Below, one piece after another: positions 58,821-64,000 of a stretch of 64,000 bases of DNA. Position 1 is the first letter of the stretch; each line of letters starts with the position of its first letter. The notes below the pieces were generated by a model. It was not told the origin of the DNA. It did no database searches and saw nothing but the letters and a program-made list of their open reading frames with translations. The stretch comes from Bacilli bacterium (GTDB lineage: Bacteria; Bacillota_I; Bacilli_A; RFN20; CAG-826). A program made the position numbers and the translations under genes. The stretch spans positions 22,398-86,397 of the forward strand of contig JAQWCH010000002.1 of assembly GCA_028705995.1 (NCBI GenBank), given 5' to 3'.

Positions 58821-61438
58821 TAATCAATCAATTCCTTAATAATCTTATTGATTTCGTTAATATCCGGCTTTACTTTACCAGCACCATTGGCAAAATCTAC
58901 TCGTCCACCGCCAGAGCCGAGCATTTTTTTGGCGATAGTTTGTACGATTTGACCAGCTTTAATACCTTGTTTGAGTGCTTTGGGACCGACACTTGCCACG
59001 ATCGGGTAACTGTCTAGGCTTTCTTGACCAATTAAAACAATCACACCATCATCATTTTTTGCTTTTAGCACATCGATTAAACCGATTAGTGCTGAGCGCG
59101 CTAATTTTGGTAGATAATTCACTAATAAATGCACGCCATCATAAACAACAAATTGTTCAGCTAGTGTTTCTGCTTCGGCAGCTGCTAATTTATCGGCAAG
59201 TGAACGATTGAGCTCTTTTAAACGTTGTTTTTCGTTTTCAAGTGTTTTTAAAGTTGTTAAGATTTCTACGTAAGATCCTGCACCAAGAATTTCTTTTGTA
59301 TCAAACAAGATTTTTTCCCGTTCTTTCAACAAATTATAGGCACCCAACGATGTCTTCGCTTGAATACGCCGGATACCACTCGCAATCGAGCGTTCGAATT
59401 CAATCACAAAAACACCAATGTCTTCACTGTTAGCAACGTGCGTACCACCACAAAATTCCGACGAAAAGTTGCCAAATTCAACCACACGAACAGTGGCACC
59501 ATATTTTTCATCAAATAATGACTTTGCACCCCGCTTCTTGGCTTCGGCAAGTGGGAGTAACAAAGTTGTATTTACTAGACCATTGGCGATTTGTTGATTT
59601 ACGCGGCGCTCAATCTCATTAATTTGTTCAATTGTTAAGGCTTGAGCATAATTAAAGTCAAAGCGTAAGTGATCACTATCAACCGATGATCCTTGTTGAT
59701 GAACTTCATCACCAAGAACATCTGCGAGCACTTGATCAAGTAAATGCGTCGCACTGTGATTGCGCATGGTCAATAAACGCGTTGGAACATCAATCTGTGA
59801 TGTAATTTCATCACCAAGGCTAATTGTCCCAAAGTTTAGTGTTACCACGTGTAGATGCTGTCCATTCGGGGCTTTTTGCACATCAGTGACTTCAGCTTCA
59901 CATTTTTTACTTGTAAGGAAACCTCGATCAGCTACTTGTCCACCCGATTCGGCATAAAAGTTTGTTGTCGCAAGTATAACTTCACCATAATCTTCAATCT
60001 CTTCAACTTTTTGGCCGTCGCGGAAGAGGGCGACAACCTTGCTGACTAGTGGTGCGGTTGAAGAATAATCAAACACACTTGGAATATGGCATTCCATTAA
60101 ATCAACCGATTGATTTGCCATCGATTGGGCATCTTTACGGGCCGACCGTGCCCGCTCGCGTTGCTTTTCAAGTAGGGCATTAAAACCGCTGCGATCAATG
60201 GAAACACCATTTTCTTCAGCGATTTCTGCAGTTAACTCAAATGGAAACCCATAGGTATCATAAAGTTTAAATGTCGCTTCAGCACTCAGCTTGGCTGGCT
60301 GATCAACAAGCATTTTTTCAAGTTGCTTTTCACCACTCGTAAGTGTCTTTAAAAATTTTTCTTCTTCCGCTAATATTTTTTTCGCGATATTATCTTCTTT
60401 TTCATCAAGATACGGATAGAAATCATCCATGATTCTAATAACCGTGGGTACTAGTAAATATAAGAAAGGTTGATAAATACCAATTTTACGGCCGTAACGC
60501 ATCGCCCGGCGCAAAAGCCGGCGTAAGACATAGCCCCGTCCTTCATTGGAGAAATTTGCTCCATCGGCAAGTGCAAACGTACAAGTACGGATGTGGTCAG
60601 CAATTACGCGATATGCCATTAAGTTAACACCTTCATAAGCGACTTTGCTAATGTCATGCGTTGCTTTAATTAGTGGATAAAATAAATCGGTTTCAAAATT
60701 TGTCGGTGTTTGTTGGAGCACACAAGCAATGCGTTCAAGTCCCGCGCCGGTATCAATGTTTTTATATGGCAATTCCGCATAATCGGCCCGCGCAACACCT
60801 TCAACCCCATTATATTGGGAAAAAACGATGCCCCAAATCTCGACGTAACGATCATTATCAAGTTCTTCTTCGAGCAAACGCAAACCGCGATTATCTGGAT
60901 CAAACGCGGGACCCCGATCAAAAAACACCTCAGTGTTAGGACCACAAGGACCCGTGCCAATTTGCCAGAAATTACCTTCTAAAGGAATTAAATGATCTGC
61001 TTTTACACCACATTTTAACCACAAGTTACGTGTATCTAAATCGGTTGGTAAGTATGTAAAATACAACTTATCAACTGGCATCGCAAAATACTTTGGACTT
61101 GTTAAGATTTCAAACGCCCACGGAATCGCGCTTTCACGGAAATAATCGCCAATGGAAAAGTTGCCGAGCATTTCAAAAAATGTATGATGTCGAGCGGTTT
61201 TACCAACATTGTCGATATCGTTTGTCCGAATCGATTTTTGCACATTTGTAATGCGGCGATTTGGTGGGGTTACCGAGCCATCAAAATATTTTTTTAATGC
61301 GGCAACGCCAGAGTTAATCCATAGTAGTGTTGGATCATTATGCGGAACAAGCGATGCGCCGGGCTCGATGCTATGGCCGCGTTCGGAAAAGAAGCGTAAC
61401 CAAGTAGCACGAATTTCATTTGCCGATAGTTTTTTCAT
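58820..61438 (-). CDS. alaS: Alanine--tRNA ligase
   Basis: Class II catalytic core; editing-domain HxxxH...CGGTH; start at MKKLS after the GGAGGA SD. Confidence 0.95.
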   Translation of the reverse strand: MKKLSANEIRATWLRFFSERGHSIEPGASLVPHNDPTLLWINSGVAALKKYFDGSVTPPNRRITNVQKSIRTNDIDNVGKTARHHTFFEMLGNFSIGDYFRESAIPWAFEILTSPKYFAMPVDKLYFTYLPTDLDTRNLWLKCGVKADHLIPLEGNFWQIGTGPCGPNTEVFFDRGPAFDPDNRGLRLLEEELDNDRYVEIWGIVFSQYNGVEGVARADYAELPYKNIDTGAGLERIACVLQQTPTNFETDLFYPLIKATHDISKVAYEGVNLMAYRVIADHIRTCTFALADGANFSNEGRGYVLRRLLRRAMRYGRKIGIYQPFLYLLVPTVIRIMDDFYPYLDEKEDNIAKKILAEEEKFLKTLTSGEKQLEKMLVDQPAKLSAEATFKLYDTYGFPFELTAEIAEENGVSIDRSGFNALLEKQRERARSARKDAQSMANQSVDLMECHIPSVFDYSSTAPLVSKVVALFRDGQKVEEIEDYGEVILATTNFYAESGGQVADRGFLTSKKCEAEVTDVQKAPNGQHLHVVTLNFGTISLGDEITSQIDVPTRLLTMRNHSATHLLDQVLADVLGDEVHQQGSSVDSDHLRFDFNYAQALTIEQINEIERRVNQQIANGLVNTTLLLPLAEAKKRGAKSLFDEKYGATVRVVEFGNFSSEFCGGTHVANSEDIGVFVIEFERSIASGIRRIQAKTSLGAYNLLKEREKILFDTKEILGAGSYVEILTTLKTLENEKQRLKELNRSLADKLAAAEAETLAEQFVVYDGVHLLVNYLPKLARSALIGLIDVLKAKNDDGVIVLIGQESLDSYPIVASVGPKALKQGIKAGQIVQTIAKKMLGSGGGRVDFANGAGKVKPDINEINKIIKELID

Positions 61439-61666
61439 AAATCCTCCAAGAAAATAAAAAAGGTACGACGCTAAGGAACGAAGATCTCGCGGTACCATCC
61501 TTATTCATTGTCATAAACAATGCCCTTTATTCACCGTTAACGCCGGAAACGGGAACGATTAATTCCACTATCGAGGGGCTTCTTTACGACAACTAAACGG
61601 TTCCATCAACCCCGTTCTTTCTATCAATTATCGGTCAAGTTTGTCTCGAATACGTTTTGCACACGT
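61439..61666 (-). promoter_or_regulatory. T-box riboswitch leader of alaS
   Basis: Minus-strand GGATGGTACCGCG T-box sequence followed by a terminator hairpin (GGTACCGCG...GCGTCGTACC) and a T-run; ~230-nt leader. Confidence 0.7.
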
Positions 61667-61695
61667 ATTATAGCATTATTTTACAAATTTTGACT
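61667..61695 (-). promoter_or_regulatory. alaS promoter with an extended -10
   Basis: Minus-strand aaTGcTATAAT with a weak -35. Confidence 0.5.
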
Positions 61696-61703
61696 ACTTC
61701 TTA

Positions 61704-62822
61704 TCATTTGATTGCCTTAACGATGATGCCGCCACCAAGACAAATATCATCTTGATAAAGCACCGCAGCCTGGCCAGGTGTAATTGCTTTAACGGGATGC
61801 ACAAAGCTTAATGTGATGTGCTCATCATCTAAAGCGCTCACTTGCACCAACTGATCCTCTTGGCGATAGCGAAATTTGGCTTGGTAAATTTTACCAACTT
61901 GTGGTGGTTCACTAATCCAATTTAACTGGTTAATAATTACGCCTTGCGAAGACAAATAATCATTGTCTTCACCACTAGCGACGTAGAGAACGTTTTTGCC
62001 AACGTCTTTATCCACAACAAACCATCCTTGATCGTGATGACCGGGTATTCCACCGATTCCAAGCCCTTTTCGTTGTCCAATTGTATAGTAAAGAACGCCA
62101 TCATGTTGACCGAGCACTTTTTGGGTCGTAATATCGACAATTGCTCCTTGATGAGCTGGTAAATAATTTTGTAAGAACGCTTTAAAATGCCGTTCCCCGA
62201 TAAAACAAATTCCTGTGGAATCTTTTTTATTCATTACACTTGTTAGTTGTAATTGCTGGGCAATTGCCCGCACTTGTGCTTTATTGATGTTGCCAAGTGG
62301 AAATAAACAAGAGGCGAGTTGTTCTTGCGCGATTTGCGAAAGAAAATAGCTTTGATCTTTATTGTGATCATCCGCCTTTAATAAATAGAAAAGCCCATTT
62401 TTCTCGATTTTTTTCGCATAATGCCCCATTGCAATCAAATCAAAACCATTTTGTTTAGCATAATCAAGGAAAGCCGAAAACTTAATATATTTGTTGCAAA
62501 AAATATCCGGATTCGGCGTGCGACCCGCTCGGTATTCAGCGAGTGCATACTGAAATACATCGCGCCAATATTCTTCAACAAAATCAACACGGAGTAAAGG
62601 AATCGCTAATTTTTCCGCCACTAATTTCGCATCGTCATAATCTTTCTCTTGTGGACACTGTGGATCATCAAGTGTTGGATTACCTAAAACGTCATCATTG
62701 GCCATCGCATCCCAATTACGCATAAAACAGCCGGTTACTTCATAACCTGCTTCTTTTAATAAATAAGCACTGACCGCGGAGTCAACACCACCCGATAAGC
62801 CGAGTAATACTTTTTTAGCCAT
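61704..62822 (-). CDS. mnmA: tRNA-specific 2-thiouridylase MnmA
   Basis: PP-loop LSGGVDSAV; catalytic cysteines; start placed at MAKKVLL. Confidence 0.9.
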   Translation of the reverse strand: MAKKVLLGLSGGVDSAVSAYLLKEAGYEVTGCFMRNWDAMANDDVLGNPTLDDPQCPQEKDYDDAKLVAEKLAIPLLRVDFVEEYWRDVFQYALAEYRAGRTPNPDIFCNKYIKFSAFLDYAKQNGFDLIAMGHYAKKIEKNGLFYLLKADDHNKDQSYFLSQIAQEQLASCLFPLGNINKAQVRAIAQQLQLTSVMNKKDSTGICFIGERHFKAFLQNYLPAHQGAIVDITTQKVLGQHDGVLYYTIGQRKGLGIGGIPGHHDQGWFVVDKDVGKNVLYVASGEDNDYLSSQGVIINQLNWISEPPQVGKIYQAKFRYRQEDQLVQVSALDDEHITLSFVHPVKAITPGQAAVLYQDDICLGGGIIVKAIK

Positions 62823-63267
62823 AAATTTCCTTGCTATCGAGTAATAATGTAAATGGGCCATCGTTAATTAATTCAACTTGCATAGCTTTTCCAAAAACAC
62901 CGGTTGCAATTTTACCGTGTGCTTTTTCCAGCGTTCGATTAAATTCTTCAAATAATTTTAGCGCATCTTGTCCATTTAATGCTTTGGTAAAAGATGGGCG
63001 ACGACCATTACTGACATCACCATATAAGGTAAATTGTGATACCGATAGAATTTCACCTTGAACATCATCAAGCGCTTTATTGGTCGCACCCTTTGCATCA
63101 GGAAATAACCTTAACGCTAAAACTTTTTGGGCCATCTTTTCAACTAATTGTTCTTCATCACCCAAGGTGAAACCGACAAAAAGCAAAAAGCCACGACCGA
63201 TTTGCCCGACAACTTCTTCATTCACAATCACACGTGCTTTTTGCACGACTTGCACAAGTATCCGCAT
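62815..63267 (-). CDS. dtd: D-aminoacyl-tRNA deacylase
   Basis: MRILVQVVQKARVIV...; SQFTLYGD; the NGPFT motif region reads GPFT here. Confidence 0.85.
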   Translation of the reverse strand: MRILVQVVQKARVIVNEEVVGQIGRGFLLFVGFTLGDEEQLVEKMAQKVLALRLFPDAKGATNKALDDVQGEILSVSQFTLYGDVSNGRRPSFTKALNGQDALKLFEEFNRTLEKAHGKIATGVFGKAMQVELINDGPFTLLLDSKEIYG

Positions 63268-63332
63268 GCTATTTATATTATAATATTTATTAACCTAGTT
63301 TAAGCAATTTAATCACATGGGGGAAATTTATC

Positions 63333-64000
63333 ATGTTAGCACCTTTAGCTTATCGTATGCGGCCCAAATCACTAGATGATGTGATTGGTCAAGTTCATCT
63401 TGTTGGCGATGATGGGTTTTTAACCAATGCGATTAAAAATCAATTATTAGTATCAATTATCTTTTATGGTCCAAGTGGCGCAGGAAAAACAACAATTGCC
63501 GAAGCATTTGCCACCGCTTTAAATGTCCATTATCGTAGTTTAAACGCGGTTACCGCTAGTAAAAAAGATTTAGAACAAGTTATTCAGGAAGCTGCAATTT
63601 TCCAACCACTTGTCTTAATTCTTGATGAAGTTCATCGTTTAACTAAAGATAAACAAGACTTTTTGCTGCCACACATTGAAGATGGCACGCTCTATTTACT
63701 CGGTGCAACAACAGCAAATCCCTATTTAGCAATTAATCCCGCCATGCGTTCACGTTGTCATCTTCTTGAAGTTGTATCGCTATCGATTGAAGAAATTTCG
63801 CTTGGCATTGAACGCGCTTTAAACGCTGCGCACGGTTTAGGTGGGAAGATGCGAATGAGCGAAAGCGCCCGTAAACTATTGGCAACAGCATCTGCCGGTG
63901 ATATGCGCTTTGCTTTAAATTTTCTGGAAGTTTTATCGTTAACGAATAAAACAAATATCGATATTGATGATTTGCAAGCGATTAGTCGCGTGCCGAACTT
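63333..64000 (+). CDS. rarA: Replication-associated recombination protein A (RarA/MgsA), 3'-truncated by the window edge
   Basis: MRPKSLDDVIGQ...; Walker A GPSGAGKTT; DEVHRL; no stop codon within the window. Confidence 0.85.
   Translation, partial: MLAPLAYRMRPKSLDDVIGQVHLVGDDGFLTNAIKNQLLVSIIFYGPSGAGKTTIAEAFATALNVHYRSLNAVTASKKDLEQVIQEAAIFQPLVLILDEVHRLTKDKQDFLLPHIEDGTLYLLGATTANPYLAINPAMRSRCHLLEVVSLSIEEISLGIERALNAAHGLGGKMRMSESARKLLATASAGDMRFALNFLEVLSLTNKTNIDIDDLQAISRVPN

Noticed and set aside
63733-63954. Minus-strand 73-aa ORF near the window end
   Set aside because: It lies antisense within rarA, whose Walker A and DEVH motifs are unambiguous.

Overview
The window is AT-rich, low-GC Firmicutes-type DNA. 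TGA is used as a stop codon, Shine-Dalgarno sites are GGAGG-like, and sigma-A promoters carry extended TGnTATAAT -10 elements. Almost every gene lies on the minus strand. The content is mostly housekeeping and closely follows the Bacillus subtilis yqe/yqf/yrv gene neighbourhood. Recognised blocks are yqeG-yqeH-yqeI-nadD/yqeK-rsfS; parE-parC with plsY and yneF; efp; rpmG; ispG; nfo-cshB; ispH; yqfO-trmK-sigA-dnaG; glyQS-recO-era-cdd-ybeY; rpsU; deoC; rpmF; mtaB; the hrcA-grpE-dnaK-dnaJ operon with two CIRCE operators; hemW; lepA; fmt; a four-gene nucleotide-sugar/glycosyltransferase cluster; rpsT; holA-comEC-comEA; greA; a split chrA pair; yrzB-ruvX-alaS with a T-box leader; and mnmA-dtd-rarA. 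I saw no rRNA, tRNA, CRISPR array, transposase, integrase or phage genes. What stands out is a set of small insertions that break the conserved gene order. These are an orphan MazF/PemK-fold protein with an N-terminal extension; a standalone C39-peptidase membrane protein; a zinc-ribbon/TM2 protein plus a 264-aa unknown protein sitting where prmA-rsmE normally are; a degenerate Fic-like wHTH protein plus a tiny acidic membrane protein wedged between lepA and hemW; and a RecB-like nuclease fused to a DinG/XPD helicase. Ribosomal protein L32 carries a Lys/Ala-rich tail, and a CTAGTAGATA decamer recurs at gene junctions. All calls rest on my reading of motifs in the supplied translations and sequence; no database search was run.
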